From assembly GCF_009914755.1 (NCBI RefSeq), contig NC_060925.1: a stretch of DNA of 64,000 bases; one strand, 5' to 3'. The first letter of the stretch is position 1, and each line of letters starts with the position of its first letter. Positions 28,506 to 46,003 of the stretch are shown piece after piece. A model generated the notes under the pieces. It saw only the letters and a program-made list of their open reading frames with translations. It was not told where the DNA came from and searched no databases. Both the position numbers and the translations under genes were made by a program. The DNA is from the human T2T-CHM13v2.0 reference genome, Homo sapiens.

Positions 28506-28798
28506 ATTTATTTATTTTTGAGACAGAGTCTTGCTCTGTTACCCAAGCTGGAGTACAGTGGTGCAATCACAGCTCTCTATAGCCTTGACCTCCCTAGGCT
28601 CAGGTGATTATCCCATCTCAGCCTCCTGAGTAGCTAGGAATACATGCATGCACCACCACACCCAGCAAATTTTTTTTTGTAGAGATGAGTTTTTGCCGTG
28701 TTGTCCAGACTTTGTCTCAAACTCCTGAGCTCAAGCGATCTGCCCGCATCAGCCTCTCATAGTGCTGGGATTACAGGCAAGAGCCACCATGCCTGTCC
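28506..28798 (-). mobile_element. AluJ
   Basis: agccttgacctccctaggctcaggtgat and ctgagctcaagcgatc (AluJ diagnostics). Confidence 0.9.
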
Positions 28799-29225
28799 AC
28801 AATTTTTTTTTTCTTTATTCTACTTCAAAATTCTGAAGTTAAGTTTCTTTCTTCTTCCTGAAGTATAATAACAACATAGTACTTTTGTTGGTGACCACCT
28901 AGAATTGGAATGATCTCTACATATCATGTGCAATGTCTTTATTTCCACTGCACACAGTGAACATGGAACTGTAGTTTTGTTTTATACATAAATTGAGCTA
29001 TTTTCCCTTAGCACTTAGTAACATGGCTGTGCTGGGAAGTCTAGTTTCAACCTAGCCATTGTTCCTAGCAGGGAATATGGCTTTTCTCTCTACCTGTCTT
29101 TTTCTTCTTCTTGCCATTCTACAGTTTCACAACGCTGTGTTGCCAGGTAGATTTATTTTTATCCTAATATTTTATGTAAGTAGTAATGTATTTAATCAGC
29201 TCCTTAAAAATTATTTGTACCCTAA

Positions 29226-30859
<1,634 letters not shown>

Positions 30860-31939
30860 ACCATTATCTTTATTCACTCTTCCTCAAACTATTAGGTGTA
30901 TGTTGACTATTTTCATTCTCTATTCTTCCTACTTTTTGTCTCCGTGTAGCATCTTTGTAATGTCTATATCTTTACCTCTTTTGGTTGAATTCTGGGTAAT
31001 TTTCTAAAATCTAAAGTTTAACAATTCCCTCTTCAAATAGATATATATATATACACACACACACACTCATATACATATATATAATATGAGTGTGTGTGTG
31101 TACATGCACATGCAAATGCATTCACTACTATATGTTTGGAAGTTCTAGTTCTATTTCAAACCATGGTATGCTTTGCTTATAAGGTCAAATGGGGTTTATG
31201 TTCCTTTACTGAAATTTTCATTGCCTTATATATTTACACATGTTAAACATAATTATTGCATTTTTTTTGTTTTTGTTTTTTGATTCTTCATCCATGTTGA
31301 GGTTCTTATGATCAAATCCTCCTCTGTGGTATTGGTTCGGCTTGCTTACATTCATGGAAGACTTTTTTTCTTATGCTCTCTGCATGTTTATTATTACTTT
31401 ATCTGCAGCAGGTCTTGTTTCTGAAATGAGAGAATTCCCTGACCCTCTTCTGGGACTTGCGACTGGTTGTGGCCCATTTGCTCCAGGAGGGGAGCATGCA
31501 GATGGGCAGCTGTAGGAGTTGACGTGGGCGCTTTTGGGCTCCAGCTCCACAGTAGCATCTAGGAGTGTGTTACAATTAATGCTGTTTTAGCAGTTGCTGT
31601 CAGAAGATGGCTAAGTGTTAAACCAGCTCAGTGGAGAGTCAGGGTGACAGCCCTTTACACACTGCCCTCTTGGTACTCAGGTCCTTCCCTAGCATCCAGG
31701 AAGAATCAGGTCACACTGACTTAAAGGATGGTGAATGTGGGGATTTTATTGAGTGGTGGAGGTGGCTGTCAGCAGGATGGATGGGGAGCTGGAAAGGGGA
31801 TGGAGTGGGAAGATGATCTTCCCCTGGAGTTCAGCTGTCCTGCGGCCTATCTCCTCTCTCCTCTCTGACCATCCCTGGTCGAACTCCTCTAGACATTCAT
31901 ACACTCCTTCTCTTCTCTCCTTCTCTTCGTCTGGTAAGT

Positions 31940-32391
<452 letters not shown>

Positions 32392-33908
32392 TTCTCTTCT
32401 CTTCTCTGCCGTGTCACTCTGTTGCTCTCCCAGTGGAGCTTGGGATTTATATGGGCATAGGATGGGGTGTGGTGGGCCAGAGTGGTCTTGGAAAAGGCAA
32501 CATTTGGGCACAAAAACAGGAATGCCTTTCCCCATTTAGGGCCACAGGTTTCAAGGCTTGAGGGTGGGAATTGTCCTTTTCTACCCAGTATTTTCCTGCT
32601 TCCTGTCCATATCATTTTCTTTTATGAAAACATCCCAAGTCCTGGCTTTTGAAAGACCCTTCAGACTAGCTTTGTGTTTGCTTCTGCCAGGTACACCAAA
32701 GCTCTCACTGGTCCCAAAACAATTTTACACATAATTTTGCTTTTAGAGAATCCATAGTTTGTATAAATTTACTCTAATTCTGTGTGAAAGACAATCACAT
32801 GAATGCATGATTCTGTTATTCAAAGGACACTTAAAATTTTTTTTGCATGTATTACCCAGGTAGCTTGTTAACCTCCTGGAATAATAGATAGCTTTGTTCT
32901 ACTGATGGTGCAGGACACATGGTATCTCTGTGAATACAGGAGTTACAGTTACAATTCTTGCCATGCAAGTACTCAAGACCTCGTTTTCCATGGATGCTGA
33001 TCAGATGACTTCTGTTATGTTCCCTAAGCCTTACATAACCATATCAGCTCACTTCTAATTGTTCTGGTTTTTATTTTCTCTTTATTTCTATCACCTGAGA
33101 ATTTCCTATTCTTATTATTTTTATTATTTTTGCTGTTGTAACTTACTCAGTGATTCTATGCATCAATTTGCATCTAACACAAGTTTCTCTAACATAATTT
33201 TTAAATTAATTTTTGTTGTGTAAGGAAACAATTAGATTGGGGTAAAAATTAGGGGGATAAATGTTATTACTCAATATGAAATAAATGGTTAAACAATTTC
33301 TCAAAGTTTCATCCCTTTAGGCAGTTTACATTCAAGGCAATGAGCTTGTTATTTTCTAAGTCCTCTGGCACTTAATATAAAAGTAAAGGCATATGTTCCC
33401 AGGTTTTAGCCAAATTTTTATAATGGCCAATTTCATCATATTTCCCCTGTCCTTTTTACTTCCTGGACTTGAAAAAATCCACTACCTTGCTGGCAATATG
33501 ACAGACGACTGGATTGGCTGCTGGAGCAGCTGTATCCATTATTGAATTAACTCCCCTCAGCAATCAACTTCTTAAAGCTCTCCTGAGAGAATAGAAGCTG
33601 TAAAAGTTGACATGTATTTCAATTTAAGACCACAAATATAAAAGACGTTTTTGTTTGAAGCTGCCACTTTGGCCAATAGTAATTTAACAAATTGTTAAGA
33701 GAGGGTGTTGTGTTCATGTTTCTGGGCAGCTGTTGGACATCAAAGATGTCATTTTTGAAAATCTTTTCCTCTTCTCTTTGTGCCTATTATATGTAAAAAC
33801 TGTTTGGTTTATTCTCATATCCCTCTACCATCTTTTCCTAGCAGGGAATATCTTTCAGAGATAATAGGAGCTCCACCTCCAAGAGATGGAGTTATAAGAT
33901 GTATGTCC

Positions 33909-34032
33909 GTGTGTGTGTGTGTGTGTGTGTGTCTGTGTGTAGTTCAGATGAATTCAACTGTGTGTGTGTGGAGTTCAGATGAATTCAACTGTATTTGTGT
34001 ATGTGAGTGTGTGTGTGAGTGTGTGTGTGTGT
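33909..34032. repeat. (TG)n microsatellite with a 31-bp-period duplication
   Basis: AGTTCAGATGAATTCAACTG at 33941-33960 and 33972-33991. Confidence 0.9.
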
Positions 34033-34973
34033 CAAGATCTTGATATATTAGCCAGAGCAGAGAATTACAAATAAGTAGTAGAGAACTTGCAGGAAGTCCC
34101 CATGGGCATTTTGTGTAGTAATCTCAGGTTAAAGGAACACAATTGCTAAAGAAGTATAACAGTTCACATTGAGGTTTTAGACACACTGGTGACTTTTAGC
34201 ACTCCTTGTGAGTGGCTTATATTGAAAATGGTCATGTATGTGAGCATAGTCAGATGGTAGAATGTTTTCCACTCAAAAAAGAGAAAAATCCACCAGGTGA
34301 AATTGAAATTGAGTCTTGAATATTTCGTATTAGGTATGAGGTCTATGTGTTTGTATTTAAATTCCGTAAAAAAAGCACACTAATTACCCAGGAATTATTA
34401 CTAGTTCCTCAAAGAATGATGAAGGTTAGACTGTTCACTTATAGCTGCAGTTTTTTTACTAGTATAGTACTAGTAAAAACACAAATAATAATAATTATAA
34501 TCTATTTCATGATAAAGTCACCATGGTAAAGATAAAGTAGTTACAGGTCAGCACAGAGCCTGCTTGACAGTAGCTGATTAATAGTTATGAGTTGCATTAG
34601 CAAGTTGGTAGGCAAATAATGAAAAACTTATTGAATGTATAGGTCCCAAATGATGATACAATAGCAGTTTTTATTGTTCAAAATAGGTGCTCAACAAATG
34701 TTTGTTGATTAGTTGTATTTCTCTATATAGTGACCTCCCAAGCTACCTTGTGCAATGTTTTCTGTCCCTACATCTGTATCTACAGACAAAGTACTGCACC
34801 TACAGAAAAAATTCCCGCCCAAGGTGAAAGTCAGTACCATCTATGGACAAGGAAAAGAAAAGTTCTTAATTTGTTACTTCAGTGGCCGAATCTCAAGTTG
34901 GCTTTACTCACAGTCCATTCTAATGTTGTAGCCCATTTCAGTTTGAATAATTTGGTTATCATTCCCCTTGTGA

Positions 34974-35388
<415 letters not shown>

Positions 35389-36984
35389 CAAAACATCTAT
35401 TAATAATTACACTGTCTACTATCCTCAGTGAAGGAAACATTAAATATGACTCAATATCTGCCACTGCATGACAAATCTTTAAGGCTATGCTTTTATGATT
35501 CAATAAAATAATTGCTTCTAAGGTCAACAGTGAGAGTAACAAGCATTAATAAAATCCATTTCTAATTTTACTGAGTCAACAGTTTCAACACACATCACTC
35601 CCAACCCACAATTCTACCGAGCCTAGTCAATAAAAGAAAATAACAGAATGGTGACAAGGTCGTTGAACCTTCGAAACATGCATTGTTCATAGAAAAATTG
35701 TTTTTCGGTAGACACAAGGAAGAAAAATTCCGACAGAATCACTCTTGGAGACTGGGTGTGCATACAAGGAAGAGAAAATAAGAGTTCCTTTACTAGGCTG
35801 GATTTCTGATATCCAGAGGTCTTTCTGATATGTTCATTTGCTACCTTGAAAAAATAAATAATAATTAGTAAGAGGTGCCATGGTGGAGTTCGCCAAGGAA
35901 AGGGGAAACCAGAATTGACATCTTTCATTCCCTTACTGTCATGTTGAGCTCCTGGTTCTCAAGGAGACTACGCACTCTGTATGATAGTTGGGCATTAAAG
36001 GTGTGTTGGGGGTGAGGGTGGAGAGGCAACAATAGTCTACATTTTTCAAGGATTACTACAGCACTGGGTAAGTGGGATACAGTTTGCATATGTGATACAG
36101 TTTCAAAGGGATGCTGCTTGGATGTATAGCTAGGGGGTTAGATAAAAGAGATGACTGAAAGTAGCAAGAATGGAAAGTATATATGGAATTTGCATATGAC
36201 TGACCTTAAATGCCATAATGAAACATGTTCAAACAACTAAAAGTTAGTGAACATTGTGGAATTTAGCCAACACGTTATTGAGAAAACTGATACTCAACAC
36301 GAAATAGGGTTCCATACAGGACAGCTGAGAAGCAGTGATCAAAACAAATGAAACCTTTTCTTGTTTATGCTTCTTCATATTGAAATTCTTCAGTAAATTG
36401 ATTAAAAGTTAAAATGTATTCACATGCTGAAAGTGATAGAAGTAGGATTTAGAAGTCTTATAGATTTATGTGATTGACTTCATGTTGTGGGTTTAGTTAT
36501 CAAGAAAACAGGAAGCATAGTATCATTTTATTTTTTTAACTAGATATTATTGCAAACAAATAAGCTTCAGTCTGCTGTAACTGTGTCATTTAATGTACTG
36601 AATATTGTCCATATTTTATTAACCAAGGATACATTTCATAATTCTTTCTCCATTTCCTTTCCAAAATACTTGATCTGACTGTAATACTATAAGGCAAAAA
36701 TATTCCCAGGTGATTAATGGAAAAGAATCTCAGTACTTTATTTTCATTTCTTACTGTTTTTTTCACCTTGGATTTAAGTGGTGATTTTAATAACTTTTTT
36801 TTTTTTTTGCTTTTGAATCATAGAAAGGATTTAGCTAGGACTTCATATATTATTGTAAAATATCCAAAAGCCAGATAAAGAACAAGTTGGCAATTCTTTA
36901 TATATTTACTGAACAAGTATTTATTCACAAGTATAAATACAATGCACTCGATCCTGTGGGACCTTCAAAGAATGACAAGAGGTT

Positions 36985-37541
36985 ATACCCCTCATGCTTC
37001 ATAACAAATTACCACCAACTTAGCCACTTAAACCAGTACACATGAATTATCTTACAGTTTTCATGGGATAGGAGTGCAGATAAGAGTTAGCTGGTTTCTC
37101 TGTTCAAGGTCTCAACCAGGTTTAAATCAAGGTGGGGCTGAGCTGTGTTCTTACCTGGGACTTAAGAGTCCTCTTCCAAATCACTGATTGTTGACAGGAT
37201 TCAGTTCCCTCAAGCTGGAGAGCTGTGTTTCCTGTTTTCTTGCTGGCTGTTGGCCAGGGATCATCAACTTCAACTCCTAGAAGCCAGCCTCAGGTCCTAA
37301 CCACATTTTCTCCTCCTCTTGCAAAATGGCAGCTTAGGTTTTCAAGGACAGTAAGAGAATACCTTTCATTTCGAATCTCTCTCTCTATCCAGTCTGCTAA
37401 GACAGTTTTGAATTACTTAAGAAGGAATTGGCTGTCCCATCATGTTCAAATGTCTCACCCATGTTGAAGGAGAGGGAATAATACAGAGTGTGCACATCAG
37501 GGGCCAGGAATCTTAGGGGTTATATTTTTCTGCCTACTGTA
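36985..37541 (-). mobile_element. MLT1E/F-type MaLR solo LTR
   Basis: cataacaaattaccaccaacttagccacttaaacc...ggggccaggaatcttagggg...tctgcctact. Confidence 0.8.
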
Positions 37542-39060
37542 CCCGCTCACTAAAATCTTTTCTAGCGAAAAGGGAGAATGTTTTCACAAACAGCTATGAT
37601 ACCAAATCTAATCCCACTATTATTATATACTCCCAACATTTTCAAAAAAAAAAATCTGAGTATTAGGACTAAATACTTAGAATGTATTAAAATATATACT
37701 AAATGTAAGATAGTAAGTTTTGTTTAAAGTTGAGGCTCATGTTTATAATTCGTTGCCTTTTTCTTCAACAGAACATTTAAAATCTCCTGTATATTTCATG
37801 GAATTGCAAATATGATGCATGTATTTTGGCAAATGGCTTCTCTCATTTGACATACTATGCACGTTATCCATAGTATTCTAATCTATCAATTACTATACCT
37901 ATAATGCTGCATAGAAAGTTCTTAGAAGGAATTGTCATAATATTGACTTTTCTGAAATGTTAAACAGAAATTTCCCCCTCAAAACTACCATTATCAATAA
38001 TACAATGAATGATAATATATATAACATATATCACATATATGCATCATACATGTATAAGATACCGTGTCATCTTAAAATGTAAGTATTTGTTTAGATAAAT
38101 TCTCAGCACAGGTTAAATGACATAAACAATTTATGGCTGTTTAGATGCATTTCCAAATTGCCTTATCAACGTACTGCATCAATTAGAGACGCACTAGTTG
38201 TGCACAGTTAAGAGAATTGATCAATTCCTGGTGTCATTTAATTTTTAAAAAATATTCTTTGCTAAAACTTAATTTTTAAAAATTTATTAAATGTCTACAT
38301 ACTATGCATTAAAAAGGATCTAGGAATTCATCTATGTCAATGTTGTAATTCAACAGATGAATAACCTTACTTGTCAGGAGGTTCAATGTGACTGTTTAAG
38401 GTCATAAATCTAACAGTTGTCAGACAAAGGCTAGAAAAACAGCTCTCACATCCAGCCCATTTCCTTTGCATTGCGGAAGTACTTCTCCAGACTTTGGTGG
38501 CCCTCGGATAATTTTGTGGGGAGTCTTCTTAAAAACACAAAAGTAAGAGGCCCACTCCTACGAAACCAATCTATTTTTATTCTGCAGAAGCACGCATTTG
38601 ATTTTGATGCAAACTATTTGGAGGGCCACTGCTCTCAGCAATCTGCTAATAAACGTATTATAAAGAGACAGAATTACCAAAAAAGGTAAGAGAGAGAGAA
38701 AAAAAATTGACACCAAAGTTTGTAGGCTGCCCTGAGTTTAACCTTAGGATTAATTTAAAATTTTATTTTATTTTTCCTAATGAGTCTGAGACAGACAGAC
38801 TTAATTTATTTATTGGTCGTCCTTGTTTTTAAATACATGAAGAAAATGTAGAGTATTATTATAAAAGTAACACACGTTAGTTATAAAAACTTTCAACACT
38901 ATAAAAGGATATAAAATGAAAAGAAAAAAAATTCCCTTCCCTATCACTCCAGTGATACTCTACAGAGAGATGCTCTGTGAATAGTCTATCTTTTATTTTT
39001 CAGGTATTTTTATCTCAATATTTAAGCATAACTCTGAGTGAATTTTTATTATAAATGTCA

Positions 39061-39370
<310 letters not shown>

Positions 39371-39769
39371 ATAAACCTCAATATACTAACCTACACATAG
39401 ACCTATATTTTCCAATGGCTGTGTAAAGCTTCATTATACGAATGCATCAAAAAGTTTAAATCAGTGCCCTTTAGCAACACGCTTAAATATTATTCCTACT
39501 TTTTTGCTATTACAAACAATGCTTTGGTGAACACCTCCTTGGACGTTTTCTGTTTTGTCTTTCCATAAATACACGTACAAGTATATCATCATTTTTAAAG
39601 ATGAATATCTGAAAATGAAAATGCTTATTCATTTAAAATTGCCATTAATGGATGTGCCAGTTTCCAATATAGTAGAGCATGAAAGTGCTCTTCTCCTTCA
39701 TCTTTACCAATATGGAATATGATCAATCTCTCCAATATTTATCATTAAGGTAGATAAAATATATTAAGA

Positions 39770-40010
39770 GGTAACATATATGCCGTGCTTACTGTGTGCA
39801 AAATTTCTGATGAATTTTTATGAACACTAACTTATTTAATCCTCAAAACAACCCAATGAGTTATTCTCTCCATTTTGCAGGTGAGGAAACTGAGCTACAG
39901 AAAGGTTAAGCGAATGGTATGAGATCACAAGACCAGCCAGGTTTTCGAGTTGAGATTTCACACAGATTGTCTGATTGTCTGGGTCCAGAGTCCTTGCTTT
40001 TAAAAGCAGC
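39770..40010 (-). mobile_element. MIR
   Basis: Core ccattttgcaggtgaggaaactgag and atttaatcctcaaaacaaccc. Confidence 0.85.
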
Positions 40011-40236
40011 ACAATAATTAATTGAAGGTTCTTAAATGTTAGGATATTACTTAATATTTTATACATTTTATAATAGTTCAATAAATGTAAATTTATTCAT
40101 CAAATTTGGAATTTCTTTCTTTGAAAATTCTGTTTATGTACTTGCCTACCTTTCTATTATTTTTTCAGAGCTATTTCTAACTAAGAAAACTGGAAAGTAT
40201 GCTCTCCTTGTATTATATCTCTTTTTAGTTTGTTTA

Positions 40237-40537
40237 TTAATTATTTATTTATTTGAGACAAAGTCTTGCTCTGTCGCCCAAGCTGGAGTGCAACGGAGTG
40301 ATAGATCTTGGCTCACTGCAAACTCTGCCTCCCAGGTTCAAGCGATTCCCCTGCCTCAGCCACCCAGGTAGCTGGGGTTGCAGATGTACCTCCATGCCTG
40401 GCTAATTTTTGTATTTTTAGTAGAGACGAGGTTTCGCCATGTTGTCCAGGCTGGTCTCGAACTCTGACCTCGAGTGATCCACTTGCCTCGGCCTCCCAAA
40501 GTGCTGGGATTACAGGCATAAACCACCGCTCCTGGCC
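40237..40537 (-). mobile_element. AluS
   Basis: 17-bp TSD TCTTTTTAGTTTGTTTA at 40220-40236 and 40538-40554. Confidence 0.95.
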
Positions 40538-40772
40538 TCTTTTTAGTTTGTTTAAATTAATTTTCTGCAATACAGTCATTTTAATCTTATTCATGAGTGT
40601 TTTCCTCTGGGCTCTGTAAATGGCTTTATGTTACAAAGAGACTCACTTATACTTTATCTTAATATTTTAAAAATAATTTCTAATTTGATTATGACATATA
40701 CATTAAAACATAGATCTGTGGATTTTCATTTCTATTCAACTTTTGAAAATGATTATATTAAAATGTTATTAA

Positions 40773-41062
<290 letters not shown>

Positions 41063-44000
41063 AAAAGTTATTAAAATTTCATTGTGGCCAAATATTGGTG
41101 CCACTGAAACCCGAAAGACAATTGATGTAAAATTAGTAATATTTCAATATTATATTTAGTATAAATTGATTTAATTTAATTTACTTTTGTAAGGTGTATT
41201 ATTGAGACAAAAAGGAAGAAAATACACAGAAATCAATATAGCATTTTAGAGCAGTGGAGTTACGGGCTGTCTTCATTTTCTCTTTTATTCTCAACAAACT
41301 CTCTCTAATTTTTTGAAATTTCTTTGACTTACCAATTAATTTTGCATTGTAATGTAGGTATGGAAAAAAGAGATTACGTTTTTCCTTAGCTTGCATTAAA
41401 TGTCATAGAAATTATGTACCTATTCTCTGATACATGAGTCTAATACATGAAATAACTCGTTGTTTCATAAAATGTCTAAAAACATGAGGACTAGTACTAT
41501 GCAATTTTGCTGTCAGTTTTTTTTTATTTCCTCAAATAGAAATCCTGATTATACAAAGTTTTTAAATAAAATGCCATTTCCTGAGAAGGAAAACATAACT
41601 AATTGAGAAATTAAGATCATGTAGCAATGCATGGCACAGTGTGGAATGCAGCAGTTCTGGCTTCCGACAGGAGACCCAAGCAGATGGTGCACAGTGACAG
41701 GGACCTCAGCCTTAACATGTGCTGGCCTAGGGGACAAGCAGCAGGCAATGGAACAATTTAAAACAATGGAGGTAAAACAGTGTGACTTTACATGACCACC
41801 AACTATCAAGTTCTATTAAAGATCATTTTTTTATTTAAAAAATGGCAATAGCAATAGATTTTGCTATTCTCAAAAGCAGCAGCTCTATTGAAAATGAGGG
41901 GAGGCTGTTTTGTTGTTCTGAGAGAATGTTCTTAAAGAATGCGAGGATCTCCAAATATTACGTAGGACGTTGTTGTTTTTATATCTTATACATATATATG
42001 TACATAGGCATATGGATATACTTTTAAAGGGTGTATACATGAGTAAAGTCTTTGCCTTTTTCCTTAACTTGCTTTATTTTCTATATTTTTGTATACCCAA
42101 ATGACTCCCTCCCCATCTATGTAATTCTGTGTGTGTGTGTGTGTGTCTTTCTGAATTTTGGGATTTTTTTTTCCTAAGTGGCCTTATTCAATATCTCCTC
42201 TTGTGTGTCATTGAGTCTTAATATTAAATGAGTTATCTGTATCTGTGCTAAGGTAAGAATATAAGTCAGAAAATTTAGTGAAATAAAGTAAAGCAAATAT
42301 TAATAAAATCACTGCCATTTAATTTTTCCGTTTATGCTTATCTGATCAGGCTGTTAAAAGCAAAAGTTCTTGTCCAATCTGTATAAATTTCTCTATCACT
42401 GGAAAGAATAATGAGACTTTGGATTTACCTGTTTTACAAGAAAAACACTTGGAATATAGAAACCAAATCTCCTGGCTTTAAGCTAATGCCATGTCAACCT
42501 GATAACAAATGTTCTAGCAGCATAAAGCAACAGCAGTTTATTTGTCCGAGGCAATGAAAAAGGTTGCAAATTTTAAATCCCCCACAAACGTCTTCATTCA
42601 TTAAAATGTAGCTATTTTGTGTCGTAAGTCTTTTCAGTGCTGTGTGCCTGAGTTCATTTAAGTCAACTTGACATCTGCTTCTGCTTGGAATTAGTCACCA
42701 GACTCACTAACTCTAACTGGATTCACTAAAGTAGAAAGTAAGTGGTTCTCTTAGATATGGTGAGATCCTACTCTCCTCCGCTGCCCTATCTACAGGGCAC
42801 AATTGCCCCCGAGTAAGCGAGTATACCCTTTCCAAAGCCTACCCTCTTGGAAATATGCAAGTCTACAAGTTAACTGAGTAAAATCATAGCTTTCCCATAC
42901 GTAAGCCAAATCCTGAAACCACATACCATGCCATTTTAAAAGATTTTTTTCTTGTATCCAAATTTTCTGAAAATATTGAGATAAGAAAAAATAAATCAGA
43001 ATAAACAGCATCCAAATAGCAGACAGCTTCCACAGCATCTAGACTAGACTGGTTAAATAAATCCAGGCACTCCCACATTCTTCACCGGTCTGAAAACTTC
43101 ACTGTGAAGGAGGTCTCCATTCCAAGAAGCACCATTGTATGCTTTGGCATAAAAGTTTCCTTGCCTGTAACGATTACCTCCATTGTTTGTCAGTCAACAT
43201 TATTGCTTAACTTCTTTGGAGTTTGGACATTATCACTTCTTTGAGTTGTTTTTAAATGAAGAAGCATAATAATAATGAGTCCCAGGATGCAAACTTACAT
43301 GAAAGTGAAAGTGATTAAGATGGAGCAAAAGTTTTGAAAAATGGGAGATGTCAAAGGTAAACTAAACTTATTACTTAAGTTTCCTTGACCTGTGCCTATC
43401 ACTAAAACAGATAATCACCACGCGAGTAGCTAAAAGCACATCTCCCACTGCTGATTTTAATACGGGAGCTCTAGCAAATTGAGATCAGGAGAAAAAATGT
43501 TGGAAATCTGGCTTCATTCCTATTGTGAAGATTAGCACCATAATCTTGGTGTTCTCAAAGAATGAAACCTTGTGGTATGATGTAGATCTCAGAGTAACTG
43601 AATCTGCTAAGTAACCTTCAAGTCACTTGGAACATGAAGTTCCTTCAAGAAGGCAAGACTGTTAGGAATGTTGATGGAATATGTGTTCACACTGGCTTAT
43701 TAAAATGTAGACCAGAAACTTCTCAAGTGTTCTTCGTACTCTAGGGATGGGATAAGGCTACATATTAACTTCTGTTTGTTCTCAAACATCTTATAAATAA
43801 CATAGAAAGCAAGGAAAGCATCCATTATAACTTTCATATGTACAAATCCTAATGGAAACCTGAAACTAATAAAACAAAAAGAGAGTTACAGACTGAAGGG
43901 GCATCCTAGCAAGATCCCCAATAACAAGACTGAATGTAGTATCATTGACATTTGTAATGTATCAGTAGAATTCCTGTTGATGATAAAGCCACTAGGAATG

Positions 44001-46003
44001 GCTTCAACTTGTAGAATATTTGAAGGGTATTCATCCTTACAACTTTGGAAAAAATTAAGAAACCTTTTTTAGATATTCTGCTGTTCTCTGTTCTTAAACA
44101 TTTTAAGCCTTGATCTCACTCTTACGTATCAACAGTTCCTTTTATTTTCTTCCAAAAGGCTTACTTGCAAGACCATAAAATTGACAACAGCTTTGCGCAG
44201 AAAAGCCTAACTCTTAGCTCGAGATTAATTAAAAAACAAAAACAAAAAATGAAAACACTGACTTTTAAACCTTAATGTCATATACTGCCAAACCAGGAAC
44301 ACTTCCACAGACACACACATACATATGTGTATATATTACAATGTGCCAGGAATATGGTTAATCCTCCAAGCAATTCAGTGAAATACTGTTGCTCTGAGTC
44401 TTCTGAGAAACATTTGCCAAGAGAGGATTATACACGCAAGGATTTTGTTAGAGAAAACGCCAGTGAAAAAAAATGATTAAAGAGCAGAAGAAGGCTGGAG
44501 AACCAACACACAGAAATGCCAGACTGACTCTGAGTGAAAAAGAGAGTAAAAGAAAGTGGAATGAAAGCATACTCAGTACCTTGTAGTCTAAGGAAAGCCC
44601 AGCCTGGCCTTGGGGAGTTCTCCAGCTAAAGCTGGCCATCAGAAAAGTTCCATGTCTTCCAGGACTGAACATACCTAGTATCCTTGCCACACTTGAGGAT
44701 TTCAAATTCCAGTACCTGGGGCCCTTGGGCAGTCACACTCACTGTATTTGGAGGTCCAACGGGGAGATAACCGCAAGTCACCCTTGTCTCATGCAGATCT
44801 ACTTTACACGAGTTTGAGGAGCAATTTCTCTATGGATCCAACGGTCCTTTCCTCTTGAAGTGAACACAGAATGTTAGTGAAACAAACTACAGCTCCTGTC
44901 ATTGTACTTCATGTCAGAGCATCAACTGATCCTCCTCCCTCCCACATTAGCCATTCTTATATCCTCTCACCCTCAGCTATAACTTTGCAGGTCCTGGTGG
45001 CTTCCATGTTAGTGTGATCCAAACCTTATATCTGGGAGTATGGAACACCTGATAATCAAAACCTTCTCAGTCCAAATTGCTACAGATTTCAATTCGTAGG
45101 TGCAATGTGGCAAGTAAGACTACGAAGCCTCCAAATGAATCTCTTGAGATCCACATATTTCTCCCTGACGTCATTGTGTAATAGTAACCCTACCTCCTTC
45201 TCCTGATCAGGCCTATTATCCATGATGGTGAGGCAGTTCATCTTTTCACCTGTTGGTCCTTGAGCAAAAGATGTTCAACGTACCGAGGCCAATCCTAAGT
45301 TATAGCTCAATGGGAAGGACTCTTGCTGTGTCCCTTGCAAGTGTTTTCTTTCTTTGAGGGCCATGGCCTCTGTCCCTGGTAGAGCTCAAAGTTGCATATC
45401 TGAGTAATACAAGATGTTCCAGTAGGTCATAGGGGATGATGGTGAACGTAGCCATTCCTTCTTCAGTGACTTGGTTCCTGGACCCTGCATCCTTCCTATT
45501 GAAGAAGTAGCACTATAGAATACTCTCTGATTAAAAATACAGTGTATTCTATAAGGTTTGATATCTTTTCAACATGTTCCCTCCACACTGGCACTTCAGC
45601 TGTGCCTTTAGAAGGCCTTTCCACCATTGTACAGAGCTGGCCATCTCTGGATGGAGGGGTATATGTGATGACAGATGAATCACGTAGTCATAGGCTCAAT
45701 CCTACAACCCCTTCTCTGGACAAAGCCTATGCAGTATGAGATTCCAAGTCTATAAATCATTCATTCCATTAGTCCCTGGGTAATGGTGATAGCTGATGCT
45801 TTACAGGCAGGAAAAGTAAACCCATACCTGAAGTAGGTGTCTATCCCAGTGAGGATAAACTACCAGAACTTTTATGAAAGAAAGTACCTGATGCATTCAA
45901 CTTCCTATCAAGGAGTTGGGTGGTCTTCTTGAAGAATGGCTTTATCAGGGGATCAGGGTTGGTTTCACTCCTGATGAATCGGACACTCACAAGCAACAAT
46001 ATC

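Noticed and set aside
41600-41776. Possible exon ending at GAG|gtaaaa
   Set aside because: No convincing acceptor or recognisable reading frame
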